From Candidatus Latescibacterota bacterium (lineage in GTDB: Bacteria; Latescibacterota; CBDEFO01): DNA of 64,000 nt. How positions within the stretch are numbered: position 1 is the first letter of the stretch; each line of letters opens with the position of its first letter. The stretch is from the NCBI GenBank assembly GCA_965237525.1, contig CBDEFO010000003.1:160001-224000 (forward strand). The letters are read 5' to 3'. Under the pieces are notes generated by a model. The model had not been told where the DNA came from, did no database searches, and was given only the letters and a program-made list of their open reading frames with translations. Below are positions 41,826 through 50,576 of this stretch, piece after piece. The translations under genes were made by a program, and so were the position numbers.

Positions 41826-42906
41826 GTTCATTGATCACATTATACATAGGATCACGCTCAGTTGGTTCACGTCCCGCCTCTGTTATCATATCTATCAACT
41901 GCTCACGCGTTAGTGCCTGTTCTTTTCGTCCATCCTCCGGACGCGTGATCTCGTACTCAACAATCGTCCCGTCTATGTCGTCAGACCCGTACCACAGTGA
42001 GAGCTGGGATACCTCGGGCGTCGTCATAATCCAGAACGACTTTACGTGATCAAAATTATCCAACATCAGACGGGCTAAAGCCACCTCCCTTAAATCCATA
42101 CATCCCGTCGGACCCGGAAGGTAGTCCAGCTCGGTGTTCTCAGGATGGAAGGAAAGTGGTATATAACTCAAAAATCCCCCTGTCTCGTCCTGAAGTTCCC
42201 GAAGTTTAATCAGATGCTCCACCTTTTCCTCAGGATACTCCATATGTCCGTAGAGTATCGTAGCGTTGGACTTCAATCCCACCTGATGCACAGAACGAGC
42301 CATACCGAGCCATTCGTCCGCCCCTATCTTCAGCGGAAAGAGCTCCTCATGCACGCGCTCTGTCATCACCTCTGCCCCCCCTCCGGGGACAGCGTCCATC
42401 CCCGCCTCTTTAAGCTCTAAGAGCGTCTCTTCCAGTGGTTTTTTGGCCACTCGCTCTATCTGGACGAGTTCCACCATTGTAAAGGCTTTCAGGTACGCAT
42501 CGGGCCGAATCTGTTTGATCGCCCTCAAAATATCCAGATAGTACTCGTACGGCAGTTTTGGATTGACACCTCCCACCATGTGTATCTCCCTGATAGGCAC
42601 GTCTATATGTTCTAATAGCGTGGCCTGAATCTCCTCTGGCGAAAGCGTATAGGCGTTTTCACCCTTCGGCACATCGTAGAACGAGCAGAACTTGCAGAAT
42701 TTGTTGCACACATTTGTGTAATTGAGATGTTGATTCCTGACGTAGTAAGCCCTGTTGCCGTTCTTCCGTTCCCGTACGATGTTAGCCAGATACCCGACGG
42801 CGCTTAAATCGTCCGACCTATAAAGCTGGGCACCGTCATCGAACGAAAGCCGCTCTCCCCCCATCACCTTTTTATATATATCCCCCAGTCCAGCCCCTTC
42901 TATCAT
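41770..42906 (-). CDS. mqnE: Aminofutalosine synthase (radical SAM)
   Basis: NYTNVCNKFCKFCSF, PGGGAE, HVKSFW, DDIDGT; start set to ATG 42906 after an intergenic palindrome. Confidence 0.9.
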   Translation of the reverse strand: MIEGAGLGDIYKKVMGGERLSFDDGAQLYRSDDLSAVGYLANIVRERKNGNRAYYVRNQHLNYTNVCNKFCKFCSFYDVPKGENAYTLSPEEIQATLLEHIDVPIREIHMVGGVNPKLPYEYYLDILRAIKQIRPDAYLKAFTMVELVQIERVAKKPLEETLLELKEAGMDAVPGGGAEVMTERVHEELFPLKIGADEWLGMARSVHQVGLKSNATILYGHMEYPEEKVEHLIKLRELQDETGGFLSYIPLSFHPENTELDYLPGPTGCMDLREVALARLMLDNFDHVKSFWIMTTPEVSQLSLWYGSDDIDGTIVEYEITRPEDGRKEQALTREQLIDMITEAGREPTERDPMYNVINEPVDSRQGTASPPLSPTPN

Positions 42907-42929
42907 TCTTTCCCCGATTAAATCGGGGA

Positions 42930-44372
42930 TCAGATTCCCAGTTGTTCCCATATTTGATCTATCCTATCCTTTACCTCCCTGGACATTTCCATCACATCTG
43001 GCCACTCCCTCAGAAAACCCTCGTCCTTCCACTTCCTCGTAGCGTCAATGCCCATCTTCGTACCATAGTCCGGAAGCTGTGTCGCAAAGTCCAGAACGTC
43101 AGCGGGACCCTCGCTGAATACCACATCCCGCTTGGGATCAATATGAGTTCCGACCTTCCATACCACCTCCCTCAAGTCCTGAACATCGCAATCCTTATCC
43201 ACAACTATGATCACCTTTGTAAACATCAACTGTCCTAAACCCCACAGAGCATGCATCACCTTCTTGGCGTGTCCCGGGTATCTCTTGTCCATGGAGACTA
43301 TAGCCAGATTGTGGAAGATACCCTCTATAGGCAAATGCATGTCCACTATCTCCGGCACACTCGTTCTGACCAGCGGGAGGAAGAGCCGTTCTGTAGCCTT
43401 TCCCAGATAGCCATCCTCCATCGGAGGAGGTCCTACGATTATGGTCGGATATATGGGGTCACGCTTGTGCGTCACACAGGTCAGATGAAAGACTGGATAA
43501 TCGTCCTCCAACGAGTAGTACCCGGTGTGATCTCCGAAGGGACCCTCAAGTCTCCGCTCGCCTGGCTCCGTATATCCCTCGAACACGATCTGAGCGTTTG
43601 CAGGCACCTCTAAATCCACAGTCTTGCACTTTACAAGCTCCACTCGCTTCCTGCGCAGAAAACCGGCGAACATAAACTCATCTATCTCATCTGGCAGCGG
43701 CGCAGTCCCCGCGTAGATGGTAGCAGGGTCAGGCCCAAGGACAATTGCCACCTCAAGTCGCTGTCCCAACTCCTCTGCCACCCTGTAGTGTTGCGCTCCG
43801 CCCTTGTGCCTCTGCCAGTGCGCCCCGAGGGTGCGTTCGTCAAACACCTGAAACCTGTACATGCCCACATTGCGCGTGCCCAAGGTCGGATGCTTTGTAA
43901 TCACCTGAGGCAACGTAATATATCGTCCTCCATCTCCGGGCCAGCACTTGATGATAGGAAACTGGTCGAATGAGGGATTTTCGGTCTCAACCACCTCCTG
44001 ACATGCCCCTTTATTCACCGTCTTGGGGGCAAGATCGCCCAGACGCTTCAACTTGGGGAACATCTCCAGCTTTCCCATGAGCGTGGCGGGCACCTTCGGC
44101 TCCAGAAGCTCCTTTATCTCCCCGGCTATCGTCTCCAAACTGTCCGACTCCAGCGCCAGTACCATGCGCTCCATTGACCCAAACGTATTGATAAGCACAG
44201 GGACGCTGTGACCCTTCACGTTGGTAAACAAAAGAGCCGGCCCACCATTTTTGACCGTCCTATCCGCTATCTCACTGATCTCAAGCTCCGCGTCCACCTC
44301 CACGTCTATCACCTTTAGCTCATTTTTCTTTTTCAACGTCTCGACGAATTCGTTAAGATCTTTGTAAGCCAT
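42930..44372 (-). CDS. ubiD: UbiD-family menaquinone biosynthesis decarboxylase
   Basis: MAYKDL, NVGMYR, EGPFGDHTGYY, PPMED, KMGIDAT. Confidence 0.93.
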   Translation of the reverse strand: MAYKDLNEFVETLKKKNELKVIDVEVDAELEISEIADRTVKNGGPALLFTNVKGHSVPVLINTFGSMERMVLALESDSLETIAGEIKELLEPKVPATLMGKLEMFPKLKRLGDLAPKTVNKGACQEVVETENPSFDQFPIIKCWPGDGGRYITLPQVITKHPTLGTRNVGMYRFQVFDERTLGAHWQRHKGGAQHYRVAEELGQRLEVAIVLGPDPATIYAGTAPLPDEIDEFMFAGFLRRKRVELVKCKTVDLEVPANAQIVFEGYTEPGERRLEGPFGDHTGYYSLEDDYPVFHLTCVTHKRDPIYPTIIVGPPPMEDGYLGKATERLFLPLVRTSVPEIVDMHLPIEGIFHNLAIVSMDKRYPGHAKKVMHALWGLGQLMFTKVIIVVDKDCDVQDLREVVWKVGTHIDPKRDVVFSEGPADVLDFATQLPDYGTKMGIDATRKWKDEGFLREWPDVMEMSREVKDRIDQIWEQLGI

Positions 44373-44415
44373 CTTTCCCTCCAAATACGGGTCCTGCTGA
44401 CTATCTACATAACCA

Positions 44416-44443
44416 AATATAACCATTTTAATCGGGTTGTCAA
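44416..44443 (-). promoter_or_regulatory. Putative promoter of the mqn operon
   Basis: TTGACA-16 nt-TATATT. Confidence 0.5.
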
Positions 44444-44561
44444 TCTTTTGTATCTACTTTATGCAGATTGGGGATTGTCAGGTGTGCTGTTATAGCCATG
44501 AGAGGTAATCTCAAGCTTGTCCTCACGAAAGTGGGGAGCTGAACTAAATTGAGAATTTTTG

Positions 44562-44590
44562 TTGACATCTGTTTCATTTTCCCTTATCTT
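44562..44590 (+). promoter_or_regulatory. Putative promoter of the glycosyltransferase operon, now separated from it by IS copy 2
   Basis: TTGACA-17 nt-TATCTT. Confidence 0.55.
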
Positions 44591-44792
44591 GTGACCTGTA
44601 TCACAGTAAAGACACTTAGATTTTGTTATCTTTTCACAGTTATATGTAGGGCGCGGTTGTCTCGCCCTCTCGTATTGGATTTGGAAATATATTTACCCGC
44701 TAGATACAGAGGTGACACAAGTTAGCCTGGTTTTAGTGCAAATTTCATCAATCCAAAAGTTTCATTAACCCAAAAAAACAGGGGGCACTTAA

Positions 44793-46311
44793 AAGCCTTG
44801 TGAAAAACCCTTAGATTCAGAAAGTAGTATAGAACAAGCATTGATAAAGCAGTTCCGATGTATTATATTATGTTATTGATAATATTATACATGGAGGAAA
44901 CAATGACCCCACAAAAGCAGGAACAGACAAATCCGATGTTTCACTATTTTCAGATGGAGGATTTAGTTCCCGAGGATCATATCCTTCGTCAGATTGATGA
45001 GGCAGTTGATTTTTCATTTGTACGAGACGTTGTATCAGATTGTTATTGCCCTGACAATGGCAGACCCGGTATTGATCCTGAATTAGTTGTTCGAATGATC
45101 CTTATTGGCTATCTGTATAATTTGAGTGAGAATCGGCTCTGTCAGGAAGTGGGGATGCATGCGGCATATCGGTTGTTTTGTCATCAGACATTTGATGATG
45201 CGGTTCCGGATAGGAGCACGATCAACAAGCTTCGCAATCACAAGTGGGCATCCAGTGGGTTGTTTGAACGGATAATGCGTCAGGTAGTCCAGTGTTGCAT
45301 AGATGTCGGTCTTGTGAGCGGTAAACACCTTAGTGTCGACGGCACTCAGATACAAGCTGATGCTTCAGTGAAAAGTATTGAGCCGATAGAACCCCCTGTT
45401 TCTCTTGATGATTATCTCAAGGGAATCGGTTTTGAAGGTGATAAGACAAAGGGTAGGTCCGGGCATCCTCAGGATAAAGACTTTTATGGTGAAAAGTGGA
45501 CGAACCAAACACACCGTTCGACTACAGACCCCGACGCGCGCTTATACAGCAAATCGAAGGGCAAAGGGGCTTTTCTCTCGTTTATGGGCCATGATCTGAT
45601 CGACACAAAAAGCAGAGTAATCCTTGAGACTCAGGGCACGCAGGCGACAGGGACAGCAGAGCCCGAAAGTGCCCTTAAGATGGTAGATGACCTTGAAACA
45701 TAGACCATGCCCAAAGACATTCAGACACTTAGTGCCGATACCGGTTACGGTTCTGGTAATTTTATCGCTGATGTACTTGACCGGGGAATCATACCCCATA
45801 TTCCTCTGCGAGCCGATGAGAAGATTGAACCGATTCCTACATGGAAAAACAAGACAAATCCAGCACATATTCAGGCCGAACGGGATAGAAAAGTGCGAGA
45901 GGCGAAAGCCAGAAATCATGCACGGTCTATCTCATTAACAGCTGACTACAAACTCTCCCGGAGACTCCGTAAACGCAGTGAACATATCTTTGCTGAAGCC
46001 AGGCAACAACACGGTATGGGACGAGCCCGTTACAGAGGACTAGCCTCACTGAATGAACAGTTGAATCTTGTTGCAACAGTACAGAATCTCAAGAGGCTTG
46101 TATCTTTCATAAGAAGGGGGAAAGCGTCTATGTGTGCCCTGTCTGTCAAAGACAGTGCATCCTGTTCTTCAAACAGCTCCTATTCCTTGCTGACCAGAAC
46201 TCTGATAAGACTATTTTGCTTATTCCACAGCAAAACGATACGATATGCTTCTCTTTGACCCATAATCGGCGCTTCAGACGCTGCCTGGGACATAACTATT
46301 TCACAAGGCTT
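44793..46311 (+). mobile_element. IS1182/IS5-like insertion sequence, copy 2 (1519 bp)
   Basis: Same IRs as copy 1; TSD ttaa (44789-44792, 46312-46315); near-identical to 18840-20358 in inverted orientation. Confidence 0.95.
44903..46258 (+). CDS. IS1182-like transposase with in-frame TAG at 45701-45703
   Basis: ...GAC CTT GAA ACA TAG ACC ATG CCC AAA...; both ORFs in the same frame. Confidence 0.88.
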
Positions 46312-46343
46312 TTAAAGAATGAACCATAGGATTAGCAGCAGTT

Positions 46344-47465
46344 ATGAAAGTCTGCTTTACAACGTTCGACGACATAGAAAACGACGGGCGGGTCAACAGG
46401 GAGCTTTCGACTCTCAAGGGCTTAGACTACGATATGCACGTAATATGCGGAAGCGCTGTAGACTATAATAGTCAGCCTGAATCTCTCAAAGATTTAGCGG
46501 TGGAGAGGGTCTATCTGGGTACAAAGAGAGCGGGGAAGCTCAGATTTTTGAAGTTCTACTTGAAGACTCCTTTAAAAGCCATCAGAGCCAAAGCGGACAT
46601 CTATCACGCGCAGGAGCTCTACAGTCTGCCCGTAGCCTGGATCGGGGCGATTTTCAACAATGCTCCGTTGATCTACGACTCTCATGAGTATTATCCCGGC
46701 ATGCAATCTCTGGTCGCAAGACCCTTAGAACGCTCGGTATGGTCTCTTGTTGAGAGGATATTCATCAAAAGAGCACAAACGGTCATAACCGTCTCCGACG
46801 CCATATCCGAAAAACTGAGCAAAAGATACAGAATCCCTCCGCCTGTAGTGATCAGAAACTGTCATGAGAAAAAGGACGTCAAGAGGACTAATCTCCTAAG
46901 AGAAAGATTTTCCATAGGTGAGGATCGCAAGATACTCCTCTATCAGGGGATTATGTCCCGTGGGCGTGGCCTCTTTACCGTGCTCGAGAGCCTAAAACGT
47001 CTTCCACAATGCGCCTTCGTAGCCTTAGGCGATGGTCCACTTCTCAAGCAATTGGAGGAATACTCTCAACAACACGGACTATCGGACAGGACATTCTTCC
47101 CCGGCTGCGTCCCGGTGGAAGAACTCATAGACTACACTGCCTCAGCCGATATAGGACTATGCATAATCGAAAATGTGGGCTTTAGCTACTACAACTCACT
47201 CCCCAACAAACTGTTCGAATACATGATGGCGGGGATACCCACGGTCGCAAGCGATTTCCCCGAAATAGGGAAGATAGTGAAAGGGGAGGGGACAGGGCTT
47301 GTGGTAGATCCTGATGATCCTGATGCAATAGCAAAAGCGGTAACTCGACTCCTTTCGGACAGGGGTCTTTACGACGAACTTTCCGCCAATGCGCTCTCGG
47401 CCTCGAAGAGACACAACTGGGAAGAAGAATCTAAGAAGCTTGCCCAGCTTTACAGAGCTATCTGA
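46344..47465 (+). CDS. Glycosyltransferase family 4
   Basis: IYDSHEYY, YQG...RGL, SLPNKLFEYMMAGIP. Confidence 0.92.
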   Translation: MKVCFTTFDDIENDGRVNRELSTLKGLDYDMHVICGSAVDYNSQPESLKDLAVERVYLGTKRAGKLRFLKFYLKTPLKAIRAKADIYHAQELYSLPVAWIGAIFNNAPLIYDSHEYYPGMQSLVARPLERSVWSLVERIFIKRAQTVITVSDAISEKLSKRYRIPPPVVIRNCHEKKDVKRTNLLRERFSIGEDRKILLYQGIMSRGRGLFTVLESLKRLPQCAFVALGDGPLLKQLEEYSQQHGLSDRTFFPGCVPVEELIDYTASADIGLCIIENVGFSYYNSLPNKLFEYMMAGIPTVASDFPEIGKIVKGEGTGLVVDPDDPDAIAKAVTRLLSDRGLYDELSANALSASKRHNWEEESKKLAQLYRAI

Positions 47466-47474
47466 GGTAAATGT

Positions 47475-48800
47475 ATGAAAAGGGTACTCGTCGTAAGCTA
47501 CTACTTTCCCCCGATGGGGCTTTCAGGAGTCCAAAGGACCCAGAAGTTTGTAAAATATCTGTCCCAATTCGGATGGCTCCCCACAGTCCTGACCATATCC
47601 CGGGCAGAATACTTAGCCTTTGACCCGTCTCTTTTGGATGAATTGCCCGAAGAAGTGGAGATTTTGAGGACTGCTTCTGCAGATGTCCTAAGCTTGATGA
47701 GTCTGCTAACTAATAATAGACAAGATAAGCAGGGTGGAATCGGAGTTGTTCCATCAGAAAGAGTTAGAGGTCTCTTTCACATGATGAGCCAGTTCTTCTT
47801 CATACCCGACAACAAGATAGGGTGGCTCCCATTTGCGCTATCGAAGGGAAACCGACTCCTTTTGAACGAACACTTTGATCTCATCTACTCATCGGCTCCG
47901 CCTTACACTTGTCACCTTATAGCGTGCGTATTGAGATCCCTTCGAGGCGCCCCTTTAGTCCTGGATTTCAGGGATGACTGGACGCAGAATCAGTTTATTG
48001 TCTATCCCACTTTTGTCCATAAGATTGCAAACGGCATGCTCGAAAGAGAGGTTCTCCAGAGAGCCAGCGCCATAATTGCGACCAACGAACTGATGTCTTC
48101 TAACCTCCAAAGGAGACATCCCCTTATAAAATCCGAAAGATTCAAGGTCATAAGCCACGGCTTTGATCCTGATGACTTTGGGAGGGCTGACCGTATCGAA
48201 AAAAAGTGCGACCCCCCGATTGAATCTATCGAGGGCAGGAAATTTACCATCACTTACACAGGTAGTTTCTACGAGCGGATAACGCCACTGTATTTCCTCT
48301 TAGCCCTCAGAGAGATCCTGGACGAAAATCCTGATTTTGCCGACAAGATTAAGGCACTCTTTGTCGGGATGTTCAGAAAGGAGAACGAAGAATTAGTCCA
48401 GAAGCTCAAGCTTCAGGATATAGTAGAAGTAATCCCTTACGTCAAGCACAGAGAAAGCGTAAATTACCTTATGGAGTCAGATCTTCTGTGGATGATGGTG
48501 GGGAGAGGTAAACTCAGCGAGACCATATCTGCAGGCAAGCTCTACGAATACATAGGTTCCCGAAAGCCTATACTCGCCTGCGTCCCAAGAGGAGGAGTTG
48601 ACGCTCGGGTCGTCCGCTCCACAGGCAACGGTATGGTGGTCCCTCCCGATGACGTACAGGCTATTAAAGAAGCCCTGCTTTCATACTATAGTAAGTATGC
48701 AGACGGACAACTTAGGCTTACTCCCGTTCATATAATAGAGAAGTATGATAGGAAAAGGCTAACGGAAGAATTAGCCAGAATATTCGACAGCTGCATTTAA
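47475..48800 (+). CDS. Glycosyltransferase family 4
   Basis: YYFPP...GVQR, DFRDDW, GKLYEYIGSRKPIL. Confidence 0.92.
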   Translation: MKRVLVVSYYFPPMGLSGVQRTQKFVKYLSQFGWLPTVLTISRAEYLAFDPSLLDELPEEVEILRTASADVLSLMSLLTNNRQDKQGGIGVVPSERVRGLFHMMSQFFFIPDNKIGWLPFALSKGNRLLLNEHFDLIYSSAPPYTCHLIACVLRSLRGAPLVLDFRDDWTQNQFIVYPTFVHKIANGMLEREVLQRASAIIATNELMSSNLQRRHPLIKSERFKVISHGFDPDDFGRADRIEKKCDPPIESIEGRKFTITYTGSFYERITPLYFLLALREILDENPDFADKIKALFVGMFRKENEELVQKLKLQDIVEVIPYVKHRESVNYLMESDLLWMMVGRGKLSETISAGKLYEYIGSRKPILACVPRGGVDARVVRSTGNGMVVPPDDVQAIKEALLSYYSKYADGQLRLTPVHIIEKYDRKRLTEELARIFDSCI

Positions 48801-48810
48801 CTATAAAAAG

Positions 48811-48942
48811 AGTAGACAGTAGGTAAGGAAAACGGTAGACGCAGACAAGCGTGTCTGCTCTGAAAATACCACAAATCGGGCGAACCACTTCGTGGCTTGT
48901 TGCCACATCTCCCTGTCCAATACCCCATAGGTTCGCCCCCAC
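48811..48942. repeat. GTAG-type REP cluster
   Basis: agtagacagtagg; gtagacgcagacaagcgtgtctgc; gggcgaacc...ggttcgccc. Confidence 0.65.
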
Positions 48943-48956
48943 ATAGGAGGGATTCC

Positions 48957-49922
48957 ATGAAGAGTTTGTTTCTACTGTTGTCTGCGGCGATGTTAGTTAG
49001 CTGTGCGGGCAAAAAGGCCGGGGTAACGGCTGTCAGCCAGAATATCTCCGTCCAGCTTAAATACATAATGCAGTTTGGATCTCCCGGAGGTGGGGTCGGC
49101 TCCTTCGTAGACGGAAGGGGCATATCTGTAGACAAATCCGGCAATGTCTACGTTGCTGACACTGGAGACAACAGGGTCCAGAAGTTCAACCCACAGGGGA
49201 AGCCTCTCAAACAGATAGGGGGATTCGGAGGGGAGGAGGAAGGACTTCGGGAGCCAACAGACGTATGGGCAAGGACCAGCCTGGAGATATACGTAGTGGA
49301 CTCCCAGAACAGAAGGATACAACAATACGACAGGTATTTAAGCACTATAGGGACGATTCAATTTCTCTCTGGCAACGGTCAGGGTGCACCAGCATTTAGC
49401 CTCCCTACGGGCGTAGCTGTCTCAAGACACGGCGACATCTATCTCACAGATCGAGGCAACGGCGTGGTCTATAGAATCGACTCGTTCGGGAAAGTAGAAC
49501 GAAGTTTCGGAGGATTTGGGTACGGAATCGGCGAGCTTAGTGGCCCCACAGGCGTCGCTGTGGACAGGGACGGGAACGTTTATGTCTGCGACACGGACAA
49601 CGACAGGATCGTAAAATTCGACTCGTTCGGCTCATTTGATCGATCTATAGGCAAAGGTGAGCTTTTCAGACCCCACGGTATAGACATCAGTCTTGACAAA
49701 TTGCTATTCATCGCCGACACGGATAACCACAGGATAGTCGTCTTCAACCGCAAAGGGAAAGTAGTTACAACTTTCGGAGCGCGCGGGGATGGACCTGCAT
49801 CGTTCGAGAGTCCTTTCGACCTGACATTAAGTGGGCAGGACATTCTCTATGTGATGGACACCGGGAACGGAAGGGTTCAGAAGTTGGAAATCCAAAGGAA
49901 GACTTTACATCCTTTGCAGTAG
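48957..49922 (+). CDS. NHL-repeat beta-propeller lipoprotein
   Basis: Lipobox-like LVSC after a hydrophobic signal; six P.G.AVD..G..YVADT.N.R repeats; ATG behind AGGAGG. Confidence 0.88.
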   Translation: MKSLFLLLSAAMLVSCAGKKAGVTAVSQNISVQLKYIMQFGSPGGGVGSFVDGRGISVDKSGNVYVADTGDNRVQKFNPQGKPLKQIGGFGGEEEGLREPTDVWARTSLEIYVVDSQNRRIQQYDRYLSTIGTIQFLSGNGQGAPAFSLPTGVAVSRHGDIYLTDRGNGVVYRIDSFGKVERSFGGFGYGIGELSGPTGVAVDRDGNVYVCDTDNDRIVKFDSFGSFDRSIGKGELFRPHGIDISLDKLLFIADTDNHRIVVFNRKGKVVTTFGARGDGPASFESPFDLTLSGQDILYVMDTGNGRVQKLEIQRKTLHPLQ

Positions 49923-49977
49923 ACAGCATAGAGGGATGGGAGAGGTGCCCTGTATACTACCCGCTATCTACCGAAGT

Positions 49978-50517
49978 TCACAGTATCGTCTCCACAAAGC
50001 CTATGCTTTGGGGGTCCAGCTTGGTATAGTCCGGGATCTCGAAGCGGTCGCCGTCCACATCGATCAGTAAAAGACGGTGGTCGCCGAGCCAAAGGGCGCT
50101 ATCTTGCGTCCCTCTGATCACGAATTCTCGTCTCCCGCGGTCGGTCTCCACCTCCCAGTAGGAGGTGCCGAACTCGCTTCTGACCGAGTTGATTCTGTAG
50201 ACAGTGCTCGTCAGGTAGCGCTTCTCCAGTTCGTCCTGGATGATCTGATAGGACTCCTGGTCCAGTTCCGAAGGATCAGAGATCATACATATCTCCTGGT
50301 CCTTGATGTCCAGGATAGAGATGTGAGTGTCCGGCCGTGAGAGGGGCGATGCCAAGACTACTTTGACCCTGATGTACGTGCGGTCCTTCTCCAGCGTCAT
50401 ACACAGATCCCAGGCGGGCTGACGGAGGAGTCGAATGCTCTGAGGATCTACAGGCTTTCTGGGTCCTTCCTCCACACCGGGCTGGATGACTGTCTTTGCA
50501 ATTTTGTCTTCTGGCAT
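49978..50517 (-). CDS. DUF1854-like protein
   Basis: ...ELEKRYL...FGTSYWEVETDRGRREF...LLIDVDGDRFEIPD..KLD; downstream of zinc-finger ABC exporters. Confidence 0.75.
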   Translation of the reverse strand: MPEDKIAKTVIQPGVEEGPRKPVDPQSIRLLRQPAWDLCMTLEKDRTYIRVKVVLASPLSRPDTHISILDIKDQEICMISDPSELDQESYQIIQDELEKRYLTSTVYRINSVRSEFGTSYWEVETDRGRREFVIRGTQDSALWLGDHRLLLIDVDGDRFEIPDYTKLDPQSIGFVETIL

Positions 50518-50576
50518 CTTTGGTTCTTTTGATATGATAAGTTGCCTTTGGGGGGCATGGGCAGGAGGTGTCCTGA

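Noticed and set aside
18840..46311. Composite transposon or inversion bounded by the two inverted IS copies
   Set aside because: Each copy has its own matching TSD and both flanks of copy 1 belong to the same hyi-like gene, so they are independent insertions.
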